From a virus: 64,000 nucleotides of DNA. Made by a program: the position numbers and the translations under genes. Positions 1-9,830 of this stretch are shown here, piece by piece. Positions within the stretch are counted from its first letter, which is position 1. The number at the start of each line of letters is the position of its first letter. Below the pieces are notes generated by a model, which saw only the letters and a list, made by a program, of their open reading frames with translations, ran no database searches and was not told where the DNA came from. The stretch is taken from IMG/VR virus record IMGVR_UViG_3300042868_005520, positions 32,001-96,000 of that record. The stretch is one strand, 5' to 3'.

Positions 1-2
1 TT

Positions 3-881
3 TTGGAAGGTCACGAAGTCACAGTGATAGACAACGAATCATCTGATGCCCATGATCACTTCTATTGGAATTCAGCAGCAAAAAACTACAAGTACGATAT
101 CAATGATTACACGATGGTTCGTGAATTGTATGAAGGAATAGACATGGTGTTCCATTTTGCTGCTGAGGCTCGTATTCAGCCGTGCATTGTTGATCCACTA
201 AAGGCTGTGAAATCCAATATGCTTGGTACTGCTAGTGTGTTGCAGTGCGCTCGTGTATGCGGTGTAAAGCGTGTCATCTATTCATCCACATCATCCGCTT
301 ATGGACTGAAGAATACTCCTCCTCTTGTTGAGACAATGCCAAACGATTGCCTTAACCCATACTCGGTGACCAAGACAGGTGGTGAGGAATTATGTAAAAT
401 GTTCTCCAAACTGTACGGCTTAGAGACAATCATATTTCGATACTTCAATGTGTACGGAGAGCGTCAGCCACTGCGTGGACAATATGCTCCAGTGATTGGC
501 ATCTTCTTGCGTCAACGGGCAGCAGGAGAATCCATGACCATTGTTGGTGACGGAGAACAGAGGAGAGACTTCACCCATGTTAGCGATGTGGTTGAAGCCA
601 ATATCAAGGCTTCTCAGTTTATTGCTCCTCGTTATAATATTACCGACAATGGCTCGTGTCAGACTTATCGAGGATGGGAATGGGGTCAGATTTACAATAT
701 TGGAACAGGAACCAATCATTCAGTGAATGAGATTACTGCATTTATGGGTGGTCAAACTGTAAATATTCCTCCACGCGCAGGGGAATCCCGAATCACTCTT
801 GCTAATGCAAATAAAGCAAAGGAACATCTTGGATGGATTCCCCAAGTTCGTCTTGAAGAGTGGATTGCCAAGCATAAATAA
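3..881 (+). CDS. NAD-dependent epimerase/dehydratase (extended SDR), 5'-truncated by window edge
   Basis: SDR motifs YSSTSSAYG, catalytic YxxxK (PYSVTK), RYFNVYG, GDGEQRRDFTHVSD, YNIGTG; the N-terminal GxxGxxG lies outside the window. Confidence 0.9.
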   Translation: MEGHEVTVIDNESSDAHDHFYWNSAAKNYKYDINDYTMVRELYEGIDMVFHFAAEARIQPCIVDPLKAVKSNMLGTASVLQCARVCGVKRVIYSSTSSAYGLKNTPPLVETMPNDCLNPYSVTKTGGEELCKMFSKLYGLETIIFRYFNVYGERQPLRGQYAPVIGIFLRQRAAGESMTIVGDGEQRRDFTHVSDVVEANIKASQFIAPRYNITDNGSCQTYRGWEWGQIYNIGTGTNHSVNEITAFMGGQTVNIPPRAGESRITLANANKAKEHLGWIPQVRLEEWIAKHK

Positions 882-901
882 CCGTACAAGGAGATCGTGA
901 A

Positions 902-2110
902 ATGTCTACAGTATGCCTCTCAATGATCGTTAAGAATGAAACGCACATTATCCATGAATGCCTCAATTCAATGTGGCAAAACATTGACTATTGGGTGATC
1001 GTGGACACAGGATCCACAGACGGAACCCAAGACCTTATCCGCACCTTCTTTGCAGAGAAGGGAATTCCTGGCGAACTCATTGAGAAGCCGTGGGTAGACT
1101 TTGGCTACAACCGTAGCGAAGCCCTTGCTCTCTGTGATGGCAAGGCAGACTACGCTTGGATGATTGATGCCGATGACAAGATCACAGGCAATTTTGTGTA
1201 TCCCAACGGCAAGAATCTCGTGCACGATGCGTATGCTCTCAAGTGTGGACGAGACGGATGCGTGTGGTGGCGTAATCAAATCTTTAAAACGGGTATTGGT
1301 TGGAAGTATGTCGGCGTTCTCCACGAGTACGCCCATTGCGAAAAGCAGCCACTAAATCAATTCCGTATTGAGGGTGATTATGCTCTTGAGGCGCGTACAC
1401 TTGGTGCGCGTAATGTAAATATTACACAGGTAGAGAAGTACACAAAGGACGCAGAGATGCTGCTCAAGGCTCTAGAAACAGAGCCAACGAATTCTCGCTA
1501 CCAGTTCTACCTTGCTCAGTCGTACTTTGACTCACAGCAGTGGGACAACGCCATTGCAGCGTACTACAAGCGCGTAGAGATGGGTGGATGGGAAGAAGAG
1601 TGCTACTACTCCTTGTTCCGCATTGCCCTGTGTGAAATCTCAAAGAATTCTGATTGGTCAATTGTTCAGCAGAAATTCCTTGACTCGTATGACTACCGTC
1701 CGTGCCGCGCAGAACCGCTTCACGCCATTGCCAGATTCCTTCGCATGAACGGTCGTCCACGCGCTGCGTACCTGTTTGCGAAGGAAGCCGCGCAGTTGCC
1801 GTACCCACAGCAGGACATTCTCTTCATTGATACAAATGTGTACAAGTGGATGGCATTGGATGAACTAGCCGCTACGGCATTCTTTACCCACGATTTCAAG
1901 ATTGGCTACTCCGCTTGCGAAACCCTGCTAAAGCAGAGCCGCTTGCCAGAGAGTGAAATTGAACGAGTTCAGAAGAACCACGCTGCGTACCTTGAGAAAG
2001 TCAAGGAAGTGGATGCACTGACACAGAAACTCGCCAAAGACACCAAGATGCCCCCGCTTGCTCCCGTGCTAAATACAAAGCAGCACACCTTTAAAAAGCG
2101 GAGAAAGTAA
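902..2110 (+). CDS. Glycosyltransferase family 2 with C-terminal TPR repeats
   Basis: CLSMIVKNE, IVDTGSTDGT, DFGYNRSEAL, DxD (IDADD), WKYVGVLHE; helical TPR-like C-half (SRYQFYLAQSY); AGGAG SD upstream. Confidence 0.88.
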   Translation: MSTVCLSMIVKNETHIIHECLNSMWQNIDYWVIVDTGSTDGTQDLIRTFFAEKGIPGELIEKPWVDFGYNRSEALALCDGKADYAWMIDADDKITGNFVYPNGKNLVHDAYALKCGRDGCVWWRNQIFKTGIGWKYVGVLHEYAHCEKQPLNQFRIEGDYALEARTLGARNVNITQVEKYTKDAEMLLKALETEPTNSRYQFYLAQSYFDSQQWDNAIAAYYKRVEMGGWEEECYYSLFRIALCEISKNSDWSIVQQKFLDSYDYRPCRAEPLHAIARFLRMNGRPRAAYLFAKEAAQLPYPQQDILFIDTNVYKWMALDELAATAFFTHDFKIGYSACETLLKQSRLPESEIERVQKNHAAYLEKVKEVDALTQKLAKDTKMPPLAPVLNTKQHTFKKRRK

Positions 2111-2535
2111 TGGCATCAGGATACTACGATATTAACGCACAGCAGTACTCCACATTTAATTTTCATGTGGAGTATTACGACGAGAACGGCAATCGCGTAG
2201 ACTTAACCAATTACACCGCACGATTCCATGTGCGTCCGTTTGCCAATAGTTCGGTGAAGTACATGGAGATTAGTACTTCGGGTGTTACTAGTGGTGGTAT
2301 CACAGGTGAGTACACAGGCACTGCTGGCATTAGCGGAGCGGGTCGAGTCTACATGAACAAGGGCGAGACGGGTGCGGCTCTCACGGGAGGCATTCTTATT
2401 ACTGCCGATGCCACCACAATGGGATACATTCGAACAGGCTCGTGGAAGTACTCTATTGATCTTGTTCAAAGCGGTGTAACTACCGATGAATTGCTGTACG
2501 GTCAATTCATTGTTACTCCCAAAGCCACGAGATGA
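2110..2535 (+). CDS. Hypothetical virion/baseplate-associated beta-rich protein
   Basis: DLTNYTARFHVR...YSIDLV...LLYGQFIVTP pattern common in phage structural adaptor proteins; TAAATA late-type box at 2070-2075. Confidence 0.55.
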   Translation: MASGYYDINAQQYSTFNFHVEYYDENGNRVDLTNYTARFHVRPFANSSVKYMEISTSGVTSGGITGEYTGTAGISGAGRVYMNKGETGAALTGGILITADATTMGYIRTGSWKYSIDLVQSGVTTDELLYGQFIVTPKATR

Positions 2536-2747
2536 GAATAAAGGTTTTTGAAACTGCCTACACAGTAAAGCCCAAACAAAAAAAGGGTAAACTTGTGGCT
2601 CCTGCGTATACGGTGGGGGTTAAACCAAAACCTGGTGGTGTGGTTTTGAATTTATCAAAATACGACCGCGTGGTAAAGACAGATCGTAGTCTTGGTGTGA
2701 TTATTCAAAAAATCAAGAACACCAAAATTATCAAGCAGTGGGATTGA
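2532..2747 (+). CDS. Hypothetical basic protein
   Basis: ATGA overlap with the previous gene, fills the gap to the next promoter. Confidence 0.55.
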   Translation: MRIKVFETAYTVKPKQKKGKLVAPAYTVGVKPKPGGVVLNLSKYDRVVKTDRSLGVIIQKIKNTKIIKQWD

Positions 2748-2771
2748 CTCCTCTCTGAGTTGTGCTATACT
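2744..2771 (+). promoter_or_regulatory. Sigma70-type promoter for the dUTPase operon
   Basis: TTGACT(2744-2749)-N16-TATACT(2766-2771) with extended -10 TG, upstream of SD GGAG and ATG 2792. Confidence 0.6.
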
Positions 2772-2791
2772 CCTCTCTAGGAGATTTCATT

Positions 2792-3298
2792 ATGAGTACT
2801 GAGACGCTAGGCATTTATATTATTCCCGATTCGGGAGCAGAACTTCCTCAATTCTCAACCGAAGGGTCTGCTTGCTTTGATGTGTGCGCTCGTCTGTGGA
2901 AATCAACAATTGCATATGGTCCTCAAAATGTTCGTGTAGAGATTGACTGCACGGATGGATATGTTGATATTCCTTGTGGATGGCGTGTGCTTGTCCCCAC
3001 AGGGATTGTAATGGACATCCCCAAGGGATTCTCTGTGCGTCTACACTCTCGTAGTGGACTTGCCCTGAAGGAAGGGCTTATCCTTGCAAACGCAGAAGGT
3101 GTAATCGACTCAGACTACACAGATGAACTCATGGTTATGGTTACCTCTATTAGTGGAGGAATCATTACTGTTAATGATGGAACTAGAATTTGTCAAGGCG
3201 AACTAGTTCGTAATCAACCCGTTGCCTTTACTCGCAGTGAATTCCCACCCCAACAAAAAACCGACCGCGTTGGCGGATTCGGTAGCACAGGAGTATAA
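2792..3298 (+). CDS. dut: Trimeric dUTPase
   Basis: GSACFDV, LVPTG, SRSGLALK, GVIDSDY, RICQG, C-terminal RVGGFGSTG; start moved to ATG 2792 after SD. Confidence 0.95.
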   Translation: MSTETLGIYIIPDSGAELPQFSTEGSACFDVCARLWKSTIAYGPQNVRVEIDCTDGYVDIPCGWRVLVPTGIVMDIPKGFSVRLHSRSGLALKEGLILANAEGVIDSDYTDELMVMVTSISGGIITVNDGTRICQGELVRNQPVAFTRSEFPPQQKTDRVGGFGSTGV

Positions 3299-3299
3299 C

Positions 3300-3701
3300 A
3301 TGACACGAGACGAACTACTAGCATTTCACGCAGAACTCTGCACCGAAGCCCGTGATCTGATGAGCCTAAAGAACCGCGACTACGCTGGCAAGGAAGGCAC
3401 AGAGCCGTTTGCCAACTTTACCCGCGTGGAGTCAATGGGCATCTGCAAGACCGAACAAGGTTTCATGGTGCGCCTTACCGACAAGATGAGCCGCCTGTCT
3501 TCCTTTGTACACGCAGGAAAAATGAATGTACAGGACGAGTCATTTATGGACACCTGTGTGGATGTAATTAATTATATGGTTTTACTTGCTGCATACTTAA
3601 AGGATAAAGAAGCGCAGAAGCAAGACGCTCCCACAATCAAATATACAAGCACACCGATTCCTGTTGATTTAAATATAGGTGGTGGTAAACTAGGGGCATG
3701 A
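3300..3701 (+). CDS. Nucleotide-modification-associated domain protein (DUF1599-like, all-helical dNTP pyrophosphatase-like)
   Basis: KNRDYAG...PFANF...VRLTDKMSRL...DESFMDTCVDVINY pattern; ATG 3300 after AGGAG. Confidence 0.65.
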   Translation: MTRDELLAFHAELCTEARDLMSLKNRDYAGKEGTEPFANFTRVESMGICKTEQGFMVRLTDKMSRLSSFVHAGKMNVQDESFMDTCVDVINYMVLLAAYLKDKEAQKQDAPTIKYTSTPIPVDLNIGGGKLGA

Positions 3702-4630
3702 TACGACACCTTGGCTACGCCTGTATGAATCTGTCCTTGTCAGAAGGACAGAAAAAAGTAGATCGGTTCTTCACAGATCGAACTCTACGGATGGATCGCT
3801 TTACCCTTGAGCGTGTGGGAGAACTCGGTACGCGGAACGCCGCCGATCTTCTTCCCATCCTCAAGTGGAATGTCGCCAACGGCATCCACTTCTTCCGCAT
3901 TGGCAGTGGGATGTTTCCGTTCATGGATCATCCCACGCTTGGGTACGGGATGGGTGCGCTATCCCCAAAACACAGCGATTCTATTGTTAACAGCCTTGCA
4001 GCAGCGGGTGCGTATGCCAAGGAACACGGCATACGCTTGTCATGCCATCCTGGTCCATACACTTGCATTGCTTCACCTGACCACGATATAGTAGACAAAA
4101 GCATTTTATGTTTGCGGATGCACTCCCTTATCGCCGACCTGTTGGGCTGCGGCGATGAGTTTGCCATTAATATTCATGTGGGTGGTGTGTACGGCGACAA
4201 GACAGACACAGCAAAACGATTCACTGATGCTTTTAATTCCCTACCGCTAAACATTCAAAATCGTTTAACAGTTGAGAACGACGACAAAGCGTCTATGTGG
4301 AGTATGAGCGATCTGTATGAACTACTGTGGTCGCGATGCCAACGCTTAAAGTTGGTGTTGGATGTGCACCACCACCGCTTCTGCAAACGAGAGTTGCTGC
4401 ACCACGCAGCAGACATGGCGTTCACCACATGGGACGGCTTTTGTGAAATTCCAAAGGTTCACTACTCGGAATCAAAAGCAGGTGCTAGACCCCAAGCCCA
4501 CTCGGACTACATTAGTGAAGAAATTCCTGTACTGTCGGATACCGTTGAGTACGATGTAATGATTGAAGCCAAGGCAAAGGACTTGGCACTTCTCCAATAC
4601 CGAAAGGCTTACGCCCCATGCTTGCTGTGA
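3698..4630 (+). CDS. uvsE: UV damage endonuclease (UvsE/UVDE)
   Basis: LGYACMN, FFRIGS, RLSCHPG, INIHVGG, RLTVENDD, LDVHHH, PKVHYSES, AHSDY, DVMIEAKAKD. Confidence 0.93.
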   Translation: MIRHLGYACMNLSLSEGQKKVDRFFTDRTLRMDRFTLERVGELGTRNAADLLPILKWNVANGIHFFRIGSGMFPFMDHPTLGYGMGALSPKHSDSIVNSLAAAGAYAKEHGIRLSCHPGPYTCIASPDHDIVDKSILCLRMHSLIADLLGCGDEFAINIHVGGVYGDKTDTAKRFTDAFNSLPLNIQNRLTVENDDKASMWSMSDLYELLWSRCQRLKLVLDVHHHRFCKRELLHHAADMAFTTWDGFCEIPKVHYSESKAGARPQAHSDYISEEIPVLSDTVEYDVMIEAKAKDLALLQYRKAYAPCLL

Positions 4631-5055
4631 TTCTTGCTACCGTAATTTGCTCTGCCGCCACCTTTAAGGATGTAACGGTTCGCCCCCGCGAGAATCCTGT
4701 GAAGATTATTGATTTTCACACCGTTGACCAATTGCTTGATGCCATGTACACTGTTGAGTCCAACCGTGGACTGATTCTTGTGGGAGATGAGGGTAAGGCG
4801 ATTGGTCCTTATCAGATTTGGAAGGCGTATTGGCAGGACGCTGTGGAGTTTGACAAGTCTATTGGTGGGGAATACCAAGACTGCATGAAAAAGGCGTATG
4901 CCGAAAAGATTGTTCGTGCGTATTGGAAGCGGTACGCTCCCAAGAGTGCAACGCTTGAGCAGTTGGCACGAATTCATAACGGTGGTCCGCGTGGACATCT
5001 GAACCCGAACACAATTAAGTATTGGAACAAGATCAAAAAGGAATTAGTCAAATGA
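4618..5055 (+). CDS. Invertebrate-type (i-type/destabilase family) lysozyme with N-terminal signal peptide
   Basis: ES...D...GPYQIWKAYWQD...YWKRYA...ARIHNGGPRG...TIKYW matches the i-type lysozyme motif order; hydrophobic N-terminus. Confidence 0.8.
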   Translation: MLAVILATVICSAATFKDVTVRPRENPVKIIDFHTVDQLLDAMYTVESNRGLILVGDEGKAIGPYQIWKAYWQDAVEFDKSIGGEYQDCMKKAYAEKIVRAYWKRYAPKSATLEQLARIHNGGPRGHLNPNTIKYWNKIKKELVK

Positions 5056-5447
5056 GTAAACCATTCGGATATTCGTATTACCTTGATATGTACACCTGTC
5101 GCATTGGTGCAGCCGATGACTTGGAGTTGCACTACCGCTTTCTTGAGCGCGTTGTGGACAAGATTGGCATGACTCGTATGTCACAGCCTGTGGTAATGCA
5201 TGGTCCAACTAAAAATGGACTTGAGATTTATCCCGACAAGGCAGGGGTAAGTGGTTGGGTTCCGCTTATTGAGAGCGGCATTCAGATTCACTCAATGGAA
5301 CCCAAGCGGTTCATTACCCTTGATGTGTACTCCTGCAACAAGTTTGATCAGAACATCATTTTTGAATACGCACGAGAATGCTTTGGCTTTGAAGAGTACG
5401 AAGAGAAATTCTTTGAGCGTGGTATGGGCTACGGCGATATTGCCTGA
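5052..5447 (+). CDS. S-adenosylmethionine decarboxylase-like pyruvoyl proenzyme (SpeD-like)
   Basis: GVSGWVPLIE/SGIQIH autocleavage motif, LDVYSCNKFD, terminal ERG. Confidence 0.8.
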   Translation: MSKPFGYSYYLDMYTCRIGAADDLELHYRFLERVVDKIGMTRMSQPVVMHGPTKNGLEIYPDKAGVSGWVPLIESGIQIHSMEPKRFITLDVYSCNKFDQNIIFEYARECFGFEEYEEKFFERGMGYGDIA

Positions 5448-5448
5448 T

Positions 5449-6060
5449 GTGAGGTGTGCCTTGCCACAAGACAATGAAAAGAAAAAAGAACAGAAACGAA
5501 AATGGTGGAAGACTTTCTATCAAGAACACAAAGAACAGATACTTGCAGAAAAGCGTGAGTATCGTGAATCCAATAGACAGGTGATACGAGACACCCAAAA
5601 AGTCTACCGCGATTCTGAAAAAGGCAGATCAAAAAATGCTGAAGAGGCTAGAGAGCGCAGGGCATTAAAGAAAAACTGCACAATTCCATTGACGGAAAAT
5701 GAACGCGAACGGCTTATGCTTTTAGAAAAAACTCGCAGAGAACTATCTGTAGAAACAGGTAAAGAGTATCATATAGACCATATTCTCCCTCTTTCTCACG
5801 GTGGTATTCATCACCCCATGAATTTAAGAATACTTGATGGTGCAGAAAACCTTTTAAAAAATGCAAAACTAATTCCCGAAGCGATTGCACTTGCACCCGA
5901 ACACTTCCGCTTGTATAGTGAGCGTGTTAGTCCTGAACGCGCATGGGAGTTTGTGCGCCAACTTGCAGCAGGATTAGGATTGAGTGAAAAGGATTTGGAC
6001 GCGCTCATCACAGGCAAGCCGCTGAAGAACAAGCCCACACTAGAGGATTTCATGCTATGA
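5449..6060 (+). CDS. HNH endonuclease (homing-type)
   Basis: YHIDHILPLSHGGIHHPMNLRILDGAENLLK; K/R/E-rich N-terminal helix; start uncertain (GTG 5449 or TTG 5461); the track start at 5251 overlaps the previous gene. Confidence 0.8.
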   Translation: MRCALPQDNEKKKEQKRKWWKTFYQEHKEQILAEKREYRESNRQVIRDTQKVYRDSEKGRSKNAEEARERRALKKNCTIPLTENERERLMLLEKTRRELSVETGKEYHIDHILPLSHGGIHHPMNLRILDGAENLLKNAKLIPEAIALAPEHFRLYSERVSPERAWEFVRQLAAGLGLSEKDLDALITGKPLKNKPTLEDFML

Positions 6061-7016
6061 ACACCCACCACATTATTCTTGGCGATTGTATTGAAGGCAT
6101 GAAAACGCTATCCGACAAATGCGTTCAGACTTGCATTACATCTCCTCCGTACTTCGGCTTGCGTGATTACCAAGGAGGAGAAGCCGAGATTGGTCAAGAA
6201 GACACCGTTGAGGGCTATGTGCAGAAGATGGTCGAGGTGTTCCGCGAGGTGCGCCGTATTCTTCGTAATGACGGTACGCTGTGGCTGAACCTTGGCGACT
6301 CGTACATGAGCGCAAAGAACTGTGCCCCACCACCGCAGACGGTAGCCAACGGCAACGCTCGTAGTATGCCCACTGATTTTATTCCTGCAAACCGTAAGGA
6401 TCAGGATGGGCTGAAGACAAAGGACTTAATTGGTATTCCGTGGCGGGTCGCTCTTGCGCTACAGGCAGACGGATGGTATCTGCGGCAGGACATTATTTGG
6501 AGCAAGCCCAATCCCATGCCTGAAAGCGTGGCAGACCGCTGCACGAAGTCGCATGAGTACATTTTCCTGCTGTCCAAGAAGCCCCACTACTACTACGATC
6601 ACGAAGCGGTAAAGGAACCTGCTCGTAATTGGGGAACCCGTGACCGCACCGAAATGCGGGACGGAACCACTGATCCCAAACTAAAGCACCACGGACTACA
6701 GGGCAAAGAGTGGGAGGAGAATCCACTGAAAAACAAGCGATCCGTATGGACGGTGAATGCGAAAGGCTACAAGGGCGCACACTTTGCGGTGTATCCTGAA
6801 GAACTAGTAACGCCGTGTGTGCTTGCAGGATGCCCCGCAGGAGGCACGGTGTTTGATCCATTCACAGGCAGCGGAACAACTGCTGTGGTGGCTTTGAAGA
6901 ACGGACGGAATTATATTGGGACTGAATTGAATCCCGAATATGTTAAGATTGCAGAAGCGCGTATTAAAGAATCAGTTCCACAAACTCTAGAGGGGATTTT
7001 AAATGAGCAAGTTTAA
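6057..7016 (+). CDS. DNA methyltransferase, N4-cytosine/N6-adenine, beta class
   Basis: Catalytic TSPPY near the N-terminus, SAM-binding DPFTGSGTT near the C-terminus, IWSKPNPMPES, HFAVYP. Confidence 0.93.
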   Translation: MNTHHIILGDCIEGMKTLSDKCVQTCITSPPYFGLRDYQGGEAEIGQEDTVEGYVQKMVEVFREVRRILRNDGTLWLNLGDSYMSAKNCAPPPQTVANGNARSMPTDFIPANRKDQDGLKTKDLIGIPWRVALALQADGWYLRQDIIWSKPNPMPESVADRCTKSHEYIFLLSKKPHYYYDHEAVKEPARNWGTRDRTEMRDGTTDPKLKHHGLQGKEWEENPLKNKRSVWTVNAKGYKGAHFAVYPEELVTPCVLAGCPAGGTVFDPFTGSGTTAVVALKNGRNYIGTELNPEYVKIAEARIKESVPQTLEGILNEQV

Positions 7017-7266
7017 GCCGATTGGAAAATGGATTTGGGTGCAGTCTGAACTTGGTGGGCAAACCGAAACCGAAGCGGGAATCATTTACAATGAAGTAAT
7101 ACGATCTCGGAACATTTGGGCGCGGGTTGTCGCAATTGGTGATAAGATAACGGAAGACATTCGTGTAGGCGACCGTATTCTGTGGGACAGAACACTGAAC
7201 AAGGGTCAAGGACATGACGGCAAAGACATGGTTCATCAGGATTGGATTGCACTCGTAGAACGATAA
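7003..7266 (+). CDS. GroES/Cpn10-like co-chaperonin
   Basis: FKPIGKWIWV...TEAGII...VVAIGD...IRVGDRIL...DWIALVE. Confidence 0.8.
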   Translation: MSKFKPIGKWIWVQSELGGQTETEAGIIYNEVIRSRNIWARVVAIGDKITEDIRVGDRILWDRTLNKGQGHDGKDMVHQDWIALVER

Positions 7267-7274
7267 GGACACCA

Positions 7275-9830
7275 GTGGACTTCTATACTTCCGTTGACAT
7301 TCGTGGTAAGAACATTCTCTATCGTGGTTGGAAGAACGGACAGCGGCAACACTTGCGCGTTCCGTTTTGCCCCACGCTCTATATTCCTGGCAAGGATAAG
7401 AGTGGAGAGTCTACGCTTACTACGATTCACGGACAGCCTGTACAGCCGATGCAGTTTGAGGATATGCAGGAAGCACGGGGGTTCATTGATCAGTTCAAGG
7501 ATGTTTCTAATTACGCAATCTACGGCAACACGAACTATGTGTACCAGTATCTTTACAAGGAGTTTCCCCACGAAGTCGAATACGATTTCAAAAGCCTCCG
7601 CGTAGCAAACTTTGACATTGAGACATCTTGTGACGGCGGTTTTCCCACGCCCGATTCTCCGACTGAAAGGATTATCGCGATCACAATCTCAATGGGTGAA
7701 AAGACCTATGTGCTAGGCTTGGGAGACTTTCACATTGAGGGAGAGGGAGTTCAGATCACCCCGTATGATGACGAGCGAGAACTTCTAGAAGGCTTTATTG
7801 CCATTTGGAAATTCCTCGACCCCGATATCGTGACAGGATGGAACATTCGCTTTTTTGATATTCCGTACCTTGTGGCGCGGATGAACTATCTTGAAGACGG
7901 GTGGGCGAACTCCCTCTCTCCTTGGGGGAAGATGCGGGAAATGACTGTGAACCGCATGGGGCGGGATCAACAAGCACACATCATTAGTGGTGTGGCTACG
8001 CTTGATTACTTTGAGTTGTACCAAACCTTTACTTATGTAAAGCAGGAATCGTATTCGCTCAACCACATTTCCAAGATGGAATTGGGTGAGGAGAAACTGT
8101 CCTACGGTGAATACGAAACCATTCAGGAGTTCTACACCAAAGACTTTCAGCGATTCATGGAGTATAACCTACAGGATGTGCGACTCGTAGACAAACTAGA
8201 ATCCAAACTAAAACTCATGGAACTAGCGGTGGCGTTGGCGTATTCCGCCCGTGTAAACTTTGAGGATGTGTTTTCTCAGGTTCGCACATGGGATGCCATT
8301 ATTCACCATCACCTGATGAGCAAGGGCATGGTGATTCCACAGAGAACAAGCAACAAGAAGGACGATCAGTACGCGGGTGCGTATGTGAAGGATCCACTTG
8401 TGGGCAAGCACGATTGGGTTGTGAGTTTCGACTTGAACTCTCTGTATCCAATGTTGATTGCGGGTTACAATATTAGTCCCGAAACAATGGAGCAGAATCC
8501 TGTTTGGAAACGCGGAAGCATTAGTCCTGATTCCATTTTGAGCAGGAACCGAGCAGAGCCTGTTTCGGAGTTCCTTGACCCTGCGGAATATTTGAGCGAA
8601 GCCAAGCGGTGCAATCTTTCTATTGCTGCTAATGGAGTTGCTTTCAGAAAAGACAAGCAAGGCTTTCTTGGAGAACTCATGGAGAAGATGTATGCGGAAC
8701 GCAAACACTTCAAGGGGTTGATGATCCAAGCGCAGAAGCGGCTTGTGGAATTGGATAAGTCTGCTCCCGCCGAAGAGCGGCAGCGGATTGAATACGAGAT
8801 TTCCAAGTACCACAATTTTCAATTGGTTCGCAAGATTCAATTGAACTCCATGTACGGCAGTCTTGGCAATCAGTACTCCCGATGGTTTGATGTAGCCCTA
8901 GCAGAAGCCATTACACTATCAGGTCAGTTAAGCATTCAATGGATTGGTGACGGTATCAATCGCTTTCTCAACAAGGTGTTGAAAACCGATGGGGAAGACT
9001 ATGTGATTGCTTCCGATACTGATTCCGTATATCTGCGTCTTGGTGGCGTGGTGGGGATGAGCAAGAAGCACCAAGCCCAAGATCAGGTAGACTTCCTGAA
9101 TGATTTCTGTGAGCGAGTTCTACAGCCGTACATCAACAAGCAGTTCGCCGAACTTTCATCTGTAATGAATGCGTATGCGAACAAGATGGCAATGGGACGC
9201 GAAGTTATTGCAGAGAGTGGCGTGTGGACTGCCAAGAAGCGGTATATGCTTTCTGTTTGGGATAGTGAGGGTGTTCGGTACAAGACTCCAAAGTTCAAGA
9301 TCATGGGCATGGAGACTGCTAGATCGTCTACCCCTGCGTATGTTCGTAAGGCACTAAAGACTGCCATTGAAATGGTTCTTGTTGGTGATGAAGTAACGCT
9401 TCAAAAGTTTGTTGTAAAGACCGAGAAGGAGTTCAAGTCATTGCCTGTGGAAGAAGTGGCTTCTCCCCGTGGCGTATCTAATATAGACGAGTACTCTGAC
9501 TCCCTGACTATTTACAAGAAGTCTACACCCATTGCTGTTAAGGCTGCGCTGCTTCACAACAACATGATCAAGCAATTAAAACTTGGTCGCAAGTATCGGC
9601 TTATTGGTGAGGGCGAGAAGATGAAGTTCATCTATCTGAAAACACCTAATCCTATTCACGAAGGTGTTATTGGATTTCCTGTTACCATGCCTAAAGAGTT
9701 TGATCTTCAAAAATACATTGACTACGATACTCAATTCAAAAAGACTTTCCTTGAGCCTCTACGCACAATCACCAATGCGGTGGGGTGGAGTCCTGAAGAA
9801 AGAAATAGTCTTGAGTCTCTGTTTGCTTGA
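7275..9830 (+). CDS. gp43: Family B DNA polymerase (T4 gp43-like)
   Basis: Exo DIET, TGWNIRFFDIPY, YNLQD; pol SFDLNSLYP, KIQLNSMYG, SDTDS, KKRY; GTG start 7275 after AAGGA. Confidence 0.97.
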   Translation: MDFYTSVDIRGKNILYRGWKNGQRQHLRVPFCPTLYIPGKDKSGESTLTTIHGQPVQPMQFEDMQEARGFIDQFKDVSNYAIYGNTNYVYQYLYKEFPHEVEYDFKSLRVANFDIETSCDGGFPTPDSPTERIIAITISMGEKTYVLGLGDFHIEGEGVQITPYDDERELLEGFIAIWKFLDPDIVTGWNIRFFDIPYLVARMNYLEDGWANSLSPWGKMREMTVNRMGRDQQAHIISGVATLDYFELYQTFTYVKQESYSLNHISKMELGEEKLSYGEYETIQEFYTKDFQRFMEYNLQDVRLVDKLESKLKLMELAVALAYSARVNFEDVFSQVRTWDAIIHHHLMSKGMVIPQRTSNKKDDQYAGAYVKDPLVGKHDWVVSFDLNSLYPMLIAGYNISPETMEQNPVWKRGSISPDSILSRNRAEPVSEFLDPAEYLSEAKRCNLSIAANGVAFRKDKQGFLGELMEKMYAERKHFKGLMIQAQKRLVELDKSAPAEERQRIEYEISKYHNFQLVRKIQLNSMYGSLGNQYSRWFDVALAEAITLSGQLSIQWIGDGINRFLNKVLKTDGEDYVIASDTDSVYLRLGGVVGMSKKHQAQDQVDFLNDFCERVLQPYINKQFAELSSVMNAYANKMAMGREVIAESGVWTAKKRYMLSVWDSEGVRYKTPKFKIMGMETARSSTPAYVRKALKTAIEMVLVGDEVTLQKFVVKTEKEFKSLPVEEVASPRGVSNIDEYSDSLTIYKKSTPIAVKAALLHNNMIKQLKLGRKYRLIGEGEKMKFIYLKTPNPIHEGVIGFPVTMPKEFDLQKYIDYDTQFKKTFLEPLRTITNAVGWSPEERNSLESLFA

